A stretch of 63,512 nucleotides of DNA, filler included, from Octopus bimaculoides (GCF_001194135.2; 6 parts of 6 records of this genome joined end to end with filler, not necessarily neighbours in it), one strand, 5' to 3'; shown: positions 39,353 to 52,427, counted from the first letter of the whole stretch. The notes: a model not told the origin generated them from the letters alone. A program made the numbers and translations.

Positions 39353-40604
39353 NNNNNNNNNNNNNNNNNNNNNNNNNNNNNNNNNNNNNNNNNNNNNNNN
39401 NNNNNNNNNNNNNNNNNNNNNNNNNNNNNNNNNNNNNNNNNNNNNNNNNNNNNNNNNNNNNNNNNNNNNNNNNNNNNNNNNNNNNNNNNNNNNNNNNNNN
39501 NNNNNNNNNNNNNNNNNNNNNNNNNNNNNNNNNNNNNNNNNNNNNNNNNNNNNNNNNNNNNNNNNNNNNNNNNNNNNNNNNNNNNNNNNNNNNNNNNNNN
39601 NNNNNNNNNNNNNNNNNNNNNNNNNNNNNNNNNNNNNNNNNNNNNNNNNNNNNNNNNNNNNNNNNNNNNNNNNNNNNNNNNNNNNNNNNNNNNNNNNNNN
39701 NNNNNNNNNNNNNNNNNNNNNNNNNNNNNNNNNNNNNNNNNNNNNNNNNNNNNNNNNNNNNNNNNNNNNNNNNNNNNNNNNNNNNNNNNNNNNNNNNNNN
39801 NNNNNNNNNNNNNNNNNNNNNNNNNNNNNNNNNNNNNNNNNNNNNNNNNNNNNNNNNNNNNNNNNNNNNNNNNNNNNNNNNNNNNNNNNNNNNNNNNNNN
39901 NNNNNNNNNNNNNNNNNNNNNNNNNNNNNNNNNNNNNNNNNNNNNNNNNNNNNNNNNNNNNNNNNNNNNNNNNNNNNNNNNNNNNNNNNNNNNNNNNNNN
40001 NNNNNNNNNNNNNNNNNNNNNNNNNNNNNNNNNNNNNNNNNNNNNNNNNNNNNNNNNNNNNNNNNNNNNNNNNNNNNNNNNNNNNNNNNNNNNNNNNNNN
40101 NNNNNNNNNNNNNNNNNNNNNNNNNNNNNNNNNNNNNNNNNNNATATATATATATATATAACCTAAAATATATAAATAAGTGGAGTAACCATCCTAGAAA
40201 ATTTATTGATAATTTAGTTAGAAATATTTCATTAAAACTCTCTAGATTATCTGCTAATGATAAGATTTTTGATAATTTTTCGTTTTGATGGTGGTAGGGG
40301 CACTTGCACTTGGGTTTACTTTCCAGGCAGGTTTCTTGCTTGAATCTTCTTTGTTTTCTTGAGTGTCTAACAAGTTGGGGTGACATCTTTCATCTGCATC
40401 CGTGCCTCCATCCATGGATGGATGAGTGAATTCTCCTTTGTTTATAGTAAACACGGAAAATTCAATAAACAGTTACCAGGATAGCAAAATTCATGCAAGA
40501 AGGATGTAGCAACCTATTCAAAGCTAGAAACTCCGGGTTAATGTGCAGTAATTTGTATAGTATAAGTAATATATGGAGTTAAACGCAGATGTTATTCAAA
40601 TTCT

Positions 40605-41535
40605 TTTACTTCCGATATATGTTTCGAAGACAACATTGGTTTTATTCCAAAGGAATAAACGGTGTAAAATAATGTAATCTTCTCGTCAGGGAAAGAAAGA
40701 GAACCAAACTCAAAAATAAAGCATTTTAACAAATGTGATGACTGTGTAAATGATGAACAGAACGCTATTAAGTATTTTTTTAAAATCCGTTAGTGGATCT
40801 GACGTCAAAGGTAGCCCAGAGGAAGAGAAGGGGTAAAGAAATAATAAGGAGAGAGCTAATAAAGGAGAAATATAGAGTGATATATGGGTTAAATAAATGT
40901 TCAAAAGCTTGGAAGTAGATATCTCTATTGGAAGTAGAGTGAAAGGTGAACCTTTACCCTTGTCGTAAGGGAAAGAGATAGACAGGATGAACCAATCTAA
41001 ATTTAAATTCTTATTATTGTCTTTAAGATACCAAATCAATTTACTAAGTCCTGTGCTATTGCGTTTACTACTATCCCTGTATCCCTGAATGAAGAATAAT
41101 GATTAGATAACTGGGAAGAAGAAGCTTCAATATAGAAATAGACATCGGTACTGGAAGTAATTTTACATTGATATATAGAATTCTTAATCCTAGAATTATT
41201 AGATATAAATTTAATTCTGTTGGGGTTGACCTCAGAGACCAAAACTTTGTTGTTATTATTATTATGGGAAAGGTTGATATTAACTAAATTAATGTTGGAA
41301 CTCTCAGTAAATGAACTTTTATTTAACAAGCTGGTATTATGGGAAGATATAATTTGCGAAAGATTTTTTGTGTTGGAAAAAGCTACTCTAAGTATATGAG
41401 AATTTATAATCGATATCTAGAATTTTTTGGAAAGTTCTTACTAACCGCTTCACGGAACTGTAACGGAAGATTAGATTTAATTTGCCTTCCATACGGAATA
41501 GCAAACCAAATAGTTTTGCTAACACCAGTCAAATT
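40605..41535 (-). mobile_element. Penelope-like element 3' portion, copy 3 (pre-EN region, GIY-YIG, 3' UTR)
   Basis: TIWFAIPYGRQIKSNL...SKNFPK, ILRVAFSNTKNLSQIISSHN, KNSIYQCKITSSTDVYFYIE...SNHYSSFRD, IWYLKDNNKNLNLDWFILSISFPYDKG; multiple stops and frameshifts. Confidence 0.85.
40609..40694 (-). ncRNA. Type I hammerhead ribozyme motif, one helix III mismatch
   Basis: Minus strand: TTTCC-CTGACGA-GAAGA...TCTTC-GAAAC-ATAT-ATC-GGAAG. Confidence 0.65.
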
Positions 41536-41619
41536 GTAAGTGGAACTATCTCTAAAGCATCAGATGGCTCACCTTCTTCTTCGATAATAAGGATATACAA
41601 CAGACCAATAATGACATAT

Positions 41620-42210
41620 CTTCTGAGTATAAAAAATTATTTAAATCGAAGGGCAGTCCTCCACCCAACCCTAGATTGAAGCAATTTGAAGATGATCTGT
41701 GGTCCGTCGTGAAGAATATAAAATTTCACCGTTCACTCCTCAGGAACAAACATCTTAGATATCTTCACAACATCTCTAAGGAAATTAATAACATGGATTA
41801 CATACTTGTTCAATCAGATAAAATGGGAAACCTCTATAAACTTACTAAGAGCTACTATTTGGAACTGCTTAAAAAAGAAATTTTAAAAAAGCTATAGGAT
41901 TACTGGTAAGAATACACTCAGGCAGGCTAACCTAGAGGCTAAAGGAATTATGGAATCGTATGGATTACAGATGAAGACAGAACCATTGGGTCCTAGGCAA
42001 CCACGGTTTATTTTAAAAGACCACAAACAAAACTTTTATAATAACCCATCATTACGGCTTATCTGTCCTTCCAGCTCAGACATCGGTATACTTAGTAAAT
42101 ACATCCTAGATAAGTATATCCCTACATTAGTCAATAAATTAAAACTTAGCTTACGGTCTAATTCATTTCAATTTGTTGATTGGTTTACTTCTATTACTAA
42201 TAAGGTTAGC
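41620..42210 (+). mobile_element. Penelope-like element N-terminal/RT fragment
   Basis: LFKSKGSPPPNPRLKQFEDDLWSVVKNIKF...ILVQSDKMGNLYKL and FILKDHKQNFYNNPSLRLICPSSSDIGILSKYILDK...FVDWF. KDHK and DK motifs typical of C-terminal-EN PLEs of aquatic invertebrates. Confidence 0.85.
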
Positions 42211-42645
42211 ATTATCGGCCAGAGGGTCAGAATGCAATTTCGGCCATTATCGATTATATTACTTCCACTCTGGAGGCACCGGCAAGAAACTTGCCGGGAA
42301 TGGGACCAAGACATAACAAGACGAGACGGGCTCGAGATTGTTAGTAAACGGACGAGGAACAGAATAAACAGAATAGCGGCTTAGGGCCACACGAAAACAA
42401 CAATTAAAATGATAGTAATGCATATACAGCAAAAAAAAAGCGTTATGGCTGCAAGACAAGACAAAAATGGATAAGGCGAAGAAGAAATGAAAACTCTCCT
42501 AAAGGACTATAAACACAGGAGAAGTAGAGCGACAAGCTCAGAAAATCGTGACCAGTCCGGTCGAAGGCAAAGCAAAAAAGAATGACACCGCCTTAGGCCG
42601 TCACCGATCACGTGATAGTGGGAGGAGGTAACAAAGACAGACAGC

Positions 42646-42735
<90 letters not shown>

Positions 42736-43070
42736 TGAAATTAAGAGAAGCGAGAAACTCAGAAAATCGTGAAAATCTCATGGCTGGTTGTTGACAATTT
42801 TTTCTGCTCTGTAAGGATTTTATCCTATATATGCTGTTATATCAGTATTTACGCGTTGAAAAATATATCTTTCTAATTGTGCTACAGTGCATTTCAGCGC
42901 TTCAAAAGCAAACTTATATATGTGTGTGTGTGCGCGCGCGTGTGTATTATTTCTAAATCTCTGAACGAGAAGCATTCAGTAACAGTACTCTAGAGTAAAG
43001 ATTATTTGCCAACATAATGTGGCTGTACTGATTAGAACGAATGTTACTGTTAATTAGCCCCAGGAAACAT

Positions 43071-43495
43071 CGTCTCCAGCTGGCTATCGAGCTGGCTATC
43101 CTTATATTTTCGAACAAGGTAGCTTAGTGACCCCACTCAAATAACCAAGAAACCATTGGTATACAGATATTTATCTGCGTACCAATGGTTTCTTGGTTAT
43201 TTCCCTTCATCAGCACAGAATAACTGCTCGGCTGGAGATGGCGACGCTGGATTCTTGTTCGAAATATATACTTTTCAAAATGACACACAATCACTGATCT
43301 CATAAATAGAAAAATATTATTTTTAAATATCTGAACGAGAAACATTCAGTAAAAGTACTCCAGAGTAAAGATTATTTGCCAACATAACGTGGCAGTCCTG
43401 ATTAGGATGAATGTTACTATTATTTAGCACCAGCTGAGCTCCCTCGTTCGAAAATATAAGGACGCTGCTAGTGCGTCGAAAGTCAGCTGGAGACG
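43071..43495. mobile_element. MITE-like element with imperfect terminal inverted repeats of about 55 bp
   Basis: CGTCTCCAGCTG...TCCTTATATTTTCGAAC (43071-43123) is inverted relative to GTTCGAAAATATAAGGA...CAGCTGGAGACG (43437-43495). Confidence 0.6.
43139..43202. repeat. Long hairpin with a perfect 23-bp stem, extendable to 31 bp with 2 mismatches
   Basis: AAATAACCAAGAAACCATTGGTA pairs with TACCAATGGTTTCTTGGTTATTT. Confidence 0.95.
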
Positions 43496-44219
43496 GTGGT
43501 GGTGGTGGTGCTGTAACGGTAAAAATAAATATTTCCTTAAAACCTCATGCATTGTTCATCTTTCAGATCTTACAACATACCGTTACAATTAAATTTCAAC
43601 CCTTACATACCTTTAGAATAATCTGTCCGAAACAATCTTATTACATAGTTGATGTATTTAATCCGTGCGTGCGTGTGGAATATAACTTACTGTTAAGAAT
43701 AAATAGTATAGAACCGATTAAGTTACCTGCCTTAAGTAGTCCTATATCATACGAATGAGTAGATATGATATCCACGCTAAGTCTACTGATTGACTGATCG
43801 TGTTTATCAAGGAGGTTTATTTTCAATATACCTATTCAAATGCATGTTGGACCTTTCGCCTCTATTTTGGGCTATGTCTGTCTTAATCAACGAAGTTTAC
43901 GCGAGACTTCTTCGTATATTACGCGGTGTATAAATATATTTCCCAGTTTTAGTCGATACTTGTGTTTTATAATACATTCTAGAGAAATACTTATGAAAGA
44001 GATAAGATGCTAAACCGATAGACCTGATGTATTCATTTACCCACAACTGAAATACTGAGTTTGTTTCTCGGAGGATATTCTTAAATTTATTAGCTATTCT
44101 CTAATACTGGTGCCTACTATGAACATTGCCTTATCAAACTTATCTGTTAATGTACGATGTACTAAACTATCTTATTATTTTCTCTGTCTCCTTATTTTTG
44201 TCTAACTACTCTTCCCAAG

Positions 44220-44287
44220 TATGGTACGATATAGATGATATATTCCGTCTGCATCATTTCTTAGAACATTTTCAAGCTTTTTCTCAG
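44220..44287 (+). CDS. Candidate 68-nt exon (xWYDIDDIFRLHHFLEHFQAFSQ)
   Basis: Long pyrimidine tract, CTAAC branch site at about 44202, AAG acceptor, donor CAG|GTTGGT, open frame. Entry phase is compatible with 27463-27581. Confidence 0.4.
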
Positions 44288-44754
44288 GTTGGTAGACGTA
44301 ATTTAACAGACGAAGGGAAGCAACTCGATATAAACACAGTTGAAATTGCATAGTGATATTAAATATATTTCCAGTCACACTTCTGACATCTGTAACGAAA
44401 TACACAGCATGAAACATTACGCAATTTTTTTAACAGTTACACATAAATACAACTACAGGGATCAGTATGTATGTACGCAAGCATTAATGGATGTGTCCTT
44501 TGACGGGTTGCAATTCAGCCAGCCCATCATCGACAGTTATGCCGATTAATCTATATTTGTGATTGGTAACGTGTGTGTGTGTGTGTGCGCGCGCGCGCGC
44601 GCTAACTTTGTATCAACAAGCAGCGATTTTTTCTCATTTAAACATGAGCATACTCACGTATAACTTGACTTTTCCACATTTGATCTCATAGATGGATAGA
44701 CTGATACACGCACACGCACGCACACACACACACATACTTATACATACCAGGGTA

Positions 44755-44834
44755 GCCCGCGTCTCTCGGTACGAGAGGCTGAGCGCTGTGAAGGACCGAT
44801 CACGGCTGCGGAGGTTACAGAGGTGCTTTCCGAG
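44755..44834 (+). mobile_element. Tx1/L1-clade retrotransposon fragment (pre-RT)
   Basis: RLSVREAERCEGPITAAEVTEVLS matches the LSxxExxxCEGPITxxEV segment; it ends at a gap. Confidence 0.65.
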
Positions 44835-45029
44835 NNNNNNNNNNNNNNNNNNNNNNNNNNNNNNNNNNNNNNNNNNNNTTAATTAATTAANNNNNNNNNN
44901 NNNNNNNNNNNNNNNNNNNNNNNNNNNNNNNNNNTATATATATATATATTTACATACTGTACACACGCACACACACTCACATATATATATGTACAGTATG
45001 TACACACATATATACAAATAAACAGATAT

Positions 45030-45215
45030 ATATTCTTTTATTCTTTTACTTGTTTCAGTCATTTGACTGAGGCCAGACTGGAGCACCGCCTTTAATCGAA
45101 CAAATCGACCCCGGGACTTATTCTTTGTAAGCCTAGTACTTATTCTATTGGACTATTTTGCTGAACCGCTACCCTACGGAACGTAAACACACCAACAACG
45201 GTTGTCAAGCGGTGT
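45030..45215 (-). mobile_element. SINE family B, 3' half
   Basis: TTTTACTTGTTTCAGTCATTTGACTG...GGAGCACCGCC...TTCTTTGTAAGCCTAGTACTTATTCTAT. Confidence 0.85.
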
Positions 45216-46229
45216 TGATTTGAATAAAAATGACTTGCTGGTTTTCAAACCTGATACTTTGTTTTGAGGATTAGGGTCTGTTTCTGACGCTTCTCTTCTG
45301 TCTTCAGAATACCTCTTAACGTTAACTTGAATTTTAGAAACATTCTTTGCGTCTTTTCGCCATACTTTCATTGACATTCTTCTGCTTTCAGAAAGAATCG
45401 AAGAATCTTTTCGATCAATATTTCCTCTTTATACTTTCTTCTTTGAAAACTTGATTCGTTGCATTTTTATATTTTTATTATCTCAGTTTGTTCTGATAAC
45501 TAATATCCATTTGTTGAAAAAAAAAATACTTGTGGTAGTTGTATAAAGGATCTAGCTTTTTCTACTTACGTCAATAAATTGTTCCTGTTTTAGGACGTGG
45601 GAGATTGTTCTCTTGCACACCGATATCTTTTTTTCATCAATTCTTAATTTACTTTCAACTTTGGAAGAGTGTTTTAGCTTAGAATGTCAGCATCTTTTAA
45701 TATCTTTTCTTTCAGGCTAATAATATCCTCTGACACAGGTAAATTTGCTATATTGCTAGTCTCTTTCGTATTTGTGTTTCTTTTCACAATCGTTCAGGGT
45801 ATGGTTTTGTATATTAGCGTTTCTTGCTTGTATTTGCAGGATTTTCGACTCAGTTATTGTCATCGATTTTTGCTGATTTTTGTTTCGTCATTGCATATTT
45901 GCTGTTTTAGCATGTACACCGCCACAAACATACACAACACAAAAACACACATGCATACATTTAGCTTTTGATATTTATCATGTCTATATAAATTAATTTT
46001 TATTCATATACTTTTGTTTTATAGCTTATAGACTTACTTGTTAGATTTCCCCGGTATGTTAGAGCTGTAAAGGATAGGGTTACATTGTAAATAATAATAA
46101 TTTTCAGGGCTTTAGAGCCGCATCAGACGCTGCACCAGAAGTAACAGCGTCTACTCTTGCTGTTTTTCCGTTTTTCTCTTTCGGTACTTTTGAGTAGAAA
46201 ACTTTTGCATCAGTTCGCTCTCATATGGA

Positions 46230-46420
46230 AACAGGTATACCAGAAACGAGGGAGTGGCTAAGCCGATTACATAAATCCCAGTACTCTACTGCCACTTATT
46301 TTATCTACCCCGAAAGGATGAAAGGCAAACTCGACTACCTCGGCGGAATTTCAAAACAGAAAATGAAAACGGACGAAATTTTGCCCGGCGCGGTCGCGAT
46401 TCTGCAGTCCTCCGCTTTTG
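46230..46420 (-). mobile_element. SINE family A
   Basis: Reverse-strand copy containing CCCGAAAGGATGAAAGGCAAACTCGAC. Further degenerate copies at about 25960-26095, 47270-47400, 47460-47585, 47670-47855 and 48750-48950. Confidence 0.8.
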
Positions 46421-46475
46421 TTACCCAGTATATTAATACATATTAAACATTGGTAAGCAAACACAGATAAATTAC

Positions 46476-46521
<46 letters not shown>

Positions 46522-49094
46522 NNNNNNNNNNNNNNNNNNNNNNNNNNNNNNNNNNNNNNNNNNNNNNNNNNNNNNNNNNNNNNNNNNNNNNNNNNNNNNN
46601 NNNNNNNNNNNNNNNNNNNNNNNNNNCATATTTAAGTAAAAATAATATAAATAATAACAAATAAGAGCATGCCACCTGTCTCAGAAAATAACAATATGTA
46701 AATATTACGGAATTCTAGCAGACATGCAGACCACCACACAGTACTTGATAATTTAAATTTACAAAAATAACAAGAACGTATTAACTTAAACGAGGATGTA
46801 GCCATACCAAATGTCTGAAAGCTGCGTAATGAGAGCAGTCTAACTGTTTAATTAAAAACATTACAGCATTCAAAGAATGTGTTAACCTTCCTATTTGTAA
46901 TTGATATATCAGGAGAGATTCAAAACTATTTCTGTAATGATATTCAACAAATTACCTCTAACGATAAACACAGACACGTTCCACATTATGGCAGTGCTAG
47001 GATTTGTAAATATTTCGAAACTTTGTTAGTCTTGAACAAATTGGTTCACCGCACCCATTTGTTAACCCTGAACATCTTCGTTAACTTTGTGCAACATTAT
47101 TAAAACAGAATAATTCTATTGAACATCCTTATTAATCTCTAAAGCATTGTAAGTTCTCCAAGTTGAACATAACCCTCGTTTTGAAAGAGGGAACTCGACG
47201 TATTTTCCTAAACATGAATAAAGAAGATGAATTAATAATAATTCTTTCAAATTTTGGCAGATAGGCTTCAATTTTAGGGAAGGTGGGTTTGAAGATGTGA
47301 CCGACCATAGTACTTGACCAATTCTTTATTTTATCAACCTCGAAAGAATAAAAGGTAAAGTTGATATCAGAGGGATTTGAAACCAAAGAGTAAAAAGCCA
47401 GAAAAAACGATTCTATCAGCTCGCTGCTTTTAATTTGTTTCTGTTTTAGACACTAGGACAAGTTTTGAGAGAGGGCAATCGTTTACTCCAAACCAGTACT
47501 TGACTGACACACTTTATCGATCCCGGAAATATGAAAATCAAAGTAGACCTCGACGGGATTTAAACACTTAATCGGAACAAATACTGATTCTCTACATTCT
47601 GAGGATTTTGTATGATGCTGTAAAAACTTTGGCTATCTAACATCCTATAATTCTTTCTATTATACGGCCTAAAATTATTGGGTGGCAGGTATGTCGATTA
47701 GATCAACCCCAGTGCTCAATTGGTACTTATTTTATCGAGTTCGAAAAGATGAACGGCAAAGTCGGTCTCGGCGAAATTTGAACACAGAACATAAAACAGG
47801 ACGAAACGCTGCAAAGCATTCTCTCCGGTGTGCTAACGATTCTGCCAGACTACGGCTGGATCTTTTCTGTTGCTGTTACAATTTTCGAAATTTTAAAATT
47901 AAGTGAACATTTTAAAATTCGGTATATTGATGTAATTTTTCAAGCTGAATATGATTTTGTTTTTCACTTGTTCTGGAAAAAAATTTAGAAAAATATTACA
48001 GAGGTTTAACGTTTGATAGTTTTTACCTAATCAGAAAACTGGATTTGGAAGTTGGCATTTTCTCCGTGATACCTGTTTATCACAAAATCGACGACGACGA
48101 TAACTGTGAAAAGTTTTGAAGTTTTAATAAGTTTTAATGAATAACGTCATGTAAAACGGCGGAACAAGCATTTAAACAATTTAAAAGGGAAAAATCCCCA
48201 TTGAAAATTATTTTGCGAAAATTTATAAAACACAAACAAACTATAAGTTATACTATTGTGGCTTATATAAACAATCAATACATATTTGTAGCGAAAATTC
48301 AAAAATGAAAGTTCGTGATACTCTCTAAGAGTTTCTCTTCAAACAAATCACAATTTTTGTATCTCCTGCGGCACATAAACTCGCAGAGATACGAGTCATC
48401 CATAGAACGGTGGGTCTAACAGCATTACTTATTATTCCGTTTTACACGGGCCCATGAGCCTTTTCCCATTTGTTGAGTGTGGACACCATTTTCGAGTTAA
48501 TAAATTCAACACTGTGATTCACTGCTTTATGTCGAAAATTATAACCATCAGTTATAACAAAAATGAATTTCGTGTCCATAATCAGCATACAAAACTACAC
48601 CAGTACACCGAATTTGAAAACAGTTGGAACAAAATTTTAAAAAAATAGAAAACTGTGACAGCAGCAGAAAATATTCTCGTCACCTTATTCCACCATCTTA
48701 CCACAGCAACAACATCAACAATAAAAACAAAAGTAATAATAATTTCTGATATAAAGATAAGGCCACAGATTTGCTGGGAAAGTTAAATAGATCGAGTCGA
48801 CCCAGGTTCTTGATTAGTACTTTAATTCAACGAATCTCGGGAGGTTGAAAAACGAAGTTTATGTTGATGGAATTTGTTCACAGAATATGAACTCTCAAAA
48901 TGCTACATGACATTTTGTTCGACTCTCTAACCATTATTCCGCTTCACTGCCTTTATACGAGCTTCATTCTTCTTTTGGACATTTCTACCACTAATCTATC
49001 TTGTGTCACTGGTTGTCGTGTCTTCTGCTTTTCATAAAAATCTATTGAACGCATATGATCCTCTGTATAAAGTATTTTTTATTGCAAAGTAGTA

Positions 49095-49200
49095 TTGTAT
49101 TTAGTAGAGTGCTGTAAGGTCGTCAAACGGAGAAAGGCGTCGAATGTTAGCAACTGGTTTGATTATCAGAAACCGTACGACTGTACATCTAACTATCGGA
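49095..49200 (+). mobile_element. R4/Dong-like RT fragment
   Basis: KVVKRRKASNVSNWFDYQKPYD resembles RRKxNLxxAWIDYxKAYD. Confidence 0.5.
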
Positions 49201-49582
49201 TTTCATTTCTTATTTCACCACTCCGGGCATGGCGTCTTTCTTATTTATTGCAAGTAAGCAATTACATTGAAGGAATCAGTCATTATTTTGCGTCGAATTC
49301 ACTATCATCAAAATGTGAATACTGATATCTGTTTTCAGAATTTAGCAGCTTGTAGGATTTAAATATAACTTTTGTTGTCCATTTTGTCGTGGTGTTTCAA
49401 AAGAAATAGTTTATCATTGTCCCGATGTAATATCTCATATAACCAGTACATTCGATAGAAGACACACAGTCCTACGGATTCTGATAACCATACTAACGCT
49501 TCATAGTTTCATGTTCCTCTCTTCAGCTGACTTTCCAAATTCTAAATACAAATATATGTATGATTATTACGTCCAAAAGTTG

Positions 49583-49646
<64 letters not shown>

Positions 49647-49998
49647 NNNNNNNNNNNNNNNNNNNNNNNNNNNNNNNNNNNNNNNNNNNNNNNNNNNNNN
49701 NNNNNNNNNNNNNNNNNNNNNNNNNNNNNNNNNNNNNNNNNNNNNNNNNNNNNNNNNNNNNNNNNNNNNNNNNNNNNNNNNNNNNNNNNNNNNNNNNNNN
49801 NNNNNNNNNNNNNNNNNNNNNNNNNNNNNNNNNNNNNNNNNNNNNNNNNNNNNNNNNNNNNNNNNNNNNNNNNNNNNNNNNNNNNNNNNNNNNNNNNNNN
49901 NNNNNNNNNNNNNNNNNNNNNNNNNNNNNNNNNNNNNNNNNNNNNNNNNNNNNNNNNNNNNNNNNNNNNNNNNNNNNNNNNNNNNNNNNNNNNNNNNN

Positions 49999-50047
<49 letters not shown>

Positions 50048-51249
50048 GGAGAGGGAGAGAGATTGAAGAATTTGTTGAGTTTATGGTTATCTCTGCAGCT
50101 TACCGTTAGAAGGAAATGAACAGAACATTGTCAGATCGTTTAGACTTATCGGGTCTAAACGATCGATCGCTGGTACCTTCGCAGCATGACGAGTTGTATC
50201 AAATGGAAAACAGTGTTTCAAATATTGCGTGGTTTTATTTTTCCCCTATTTTAATAATATCATGTCTATAGTGATCAGAAAATATTCTTCTACCTGCGTT
50301 ACGTAGATTTCAAGTAAGAATACTTTCAAAGGATATTTTTAGCTTTCAGTCAACGTAAACCAAATGTTTGTGTTCTTGTGTTCAAATAAATCCCGCTGGA
50401 AATAAGCAAACATTACAGACATTGTGTCTTCTTGCCTTTTCCATTTATCTTCTACTAAGCAAGATTTATGTTCAATATTGTAGTATCTTGGAGACGTTTT
50501 GGGACAACTGGTATCTGAAGATTTTACATGGCTAACCAATTGAAATCAAGATTTAGTGCTTGAATAGTTATATTTAGTAGTTAATCTAAATGTCTCCAAA
50601 TGTTGTGCAATAGAGATTTAATTCTTTTTTCGTTACCTTTGAATGAGAAGCTGTCTTCTCTTCTAACGACGCATGTAGCGGAAGAAAAATTTATCGCAAG
50701 TATGGCGGTATAGTTAAGAGGTTGGTTTCGCAAATACATAGATTCGTATTCGATCCGATTGTGTAACGTGTCATGGATCTGCCCAAAACTTTTTCTTGAA
50801 ATAAAATGAATGGAAACTGAATGGAAGCTCTTCAGATGAACAGTACTTGCGCTTGAGGTTGAGGGAAGATGATGAAGAGGTGGAAACCTGAAACAAGAAG
50901 CTAAATTCACTAATTATAGCTGTTAGAGACAAGCCATTTACAACAAATTTGACAATCATTGATAACTGATATTCTGACAGCAAATGAAAAATGTGTGGAA
51001 AGTTAGACGAAACTAAGCGAGTGCAGTAAGTGGCACAAAATGTTTATAAACATAACCAAGGCTGTTCCGTCAAATGGGCGCAATGGGATGTTAAAATAGA
51101 TTGTAGATTTGAAGCGAGAAAAAATACTTTGAAAATCAGCTAGAGACCGTCTTGCTGAATGGCATGGACAGGATTTTGTAGGATTTCTCCACAGAGACTA
51201 ATCATGCTATTAATGCAATGAAATCATATAAAGAATTATTATTGTTTTA

Positions 51250-51285
51250 CTATTATTATTATTATTATCATCATCATCATCATCA

Positions 51286-51352
<67 letters not shown>

Positions 51353-51372
51353 TATTATTATTATTATTATCA
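51250..51372. repeat. (TAT)n/(CAT)n microsatellite
   Basis: Direct inspection. Confidence 0.95.
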
Positions 51373-52427
51373 TTATTATTTATTATTTATATTTCACTTC
51401 TCAGAGCTCTTGATTTTACTTGCTTCGGCGAAATACCGCACTAATNNNNNNNNNNNNNNNNNNNNNNNNNNNNNNNNNNNNNNNNNNNNNNNNNNNNNNN
51501 NNNNNNNNNNNNNNNNNNNNNNNNNNNNNNNNNNNNNNNNNNNNNNNNNNNNNNNNNNNNNNNNNNNNNNNNNNNNNNNNNNNNNNNNNNNNNNNNNNNN
51601 NNNNNNNNNNNNNNNNNNNNNNNNNNNNNNNNNNNNNNNNNNNNNNNNNNNNNNNNNNNNNNNNNNNNNNNNNNNNNNNNNNNNNNNNNNNNNNNNNNNN
51701 NNNNNNNNNNNNNNNNNNNNNNNNNNNNNNNNNNNNNNNNNNNNNNNNNNNNNNNNNNNNNNNNNNNNNNNNNNNNNNNNNNNNNNNNNNNNNNNNNNNN
51801 NNNNNNNNNNNNNNNNNNNNNNNNNNNNNNNNNNNNNNNNNNNNNNNNNNNNNNNNNNNNNNNNNNNNNNNNNNNNNNNNNNNNNNNNNNNNNNNNNNNN
51901 NNNNNNNNNNNNNNNNNNNNNNNNNNNNNNNNNNNNNNNNNNNNNNNNNNNNNNNNNNNNNNNNNNNNNNNNNNNNNNNNNNNNNNNNNNNNNNNNNNNN
52001 NNNNNNNNNNNNNNNNNNNNNNNNNNNNNNNNNNNNNNNNNNNNNNNNNNNNNNNNNNNNNNNNNNNNNNNNNNNNNNNNNNNNNNNNNNNNNNNNNNNN
52101 NNNNNNNNNNNNNNNNNNNNNNNNNNNNNNNNNNNNNNNNNNNNNNNNNNNNNNNNNNNNNNNNNNNNNNNNNNNNNNNNNNNNNNNNNNNNNNNNNNNN
52201 NNNNNNNNNNNNNNNNNNNNNNNNNNNNNNNNNNNNNNNNNNNNNNNNNNNNNNNNNNNNNNNNNNNNNNNNNNNNNNNNNNNNNNNNNNNNNNNNNNNN
52301 NNNNNNNNNNNNNNNNNNNNNNNNNNNNNNNNNNNNNNNNNNNNNNNNNNNNNNNNNNNNNNNNNNNNNNNNNNNNNNNNNNNNNNNNNNNNNNNNNNNN
52401 NNNNNNNNNATATATATATAATATCTT

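Noticed and set aside
45220-45960. Possible minus-strand retrotransposon N-terminal remnant
   Set aside because: Purine-rich and protein-like, but no motif could be matched convincingly.
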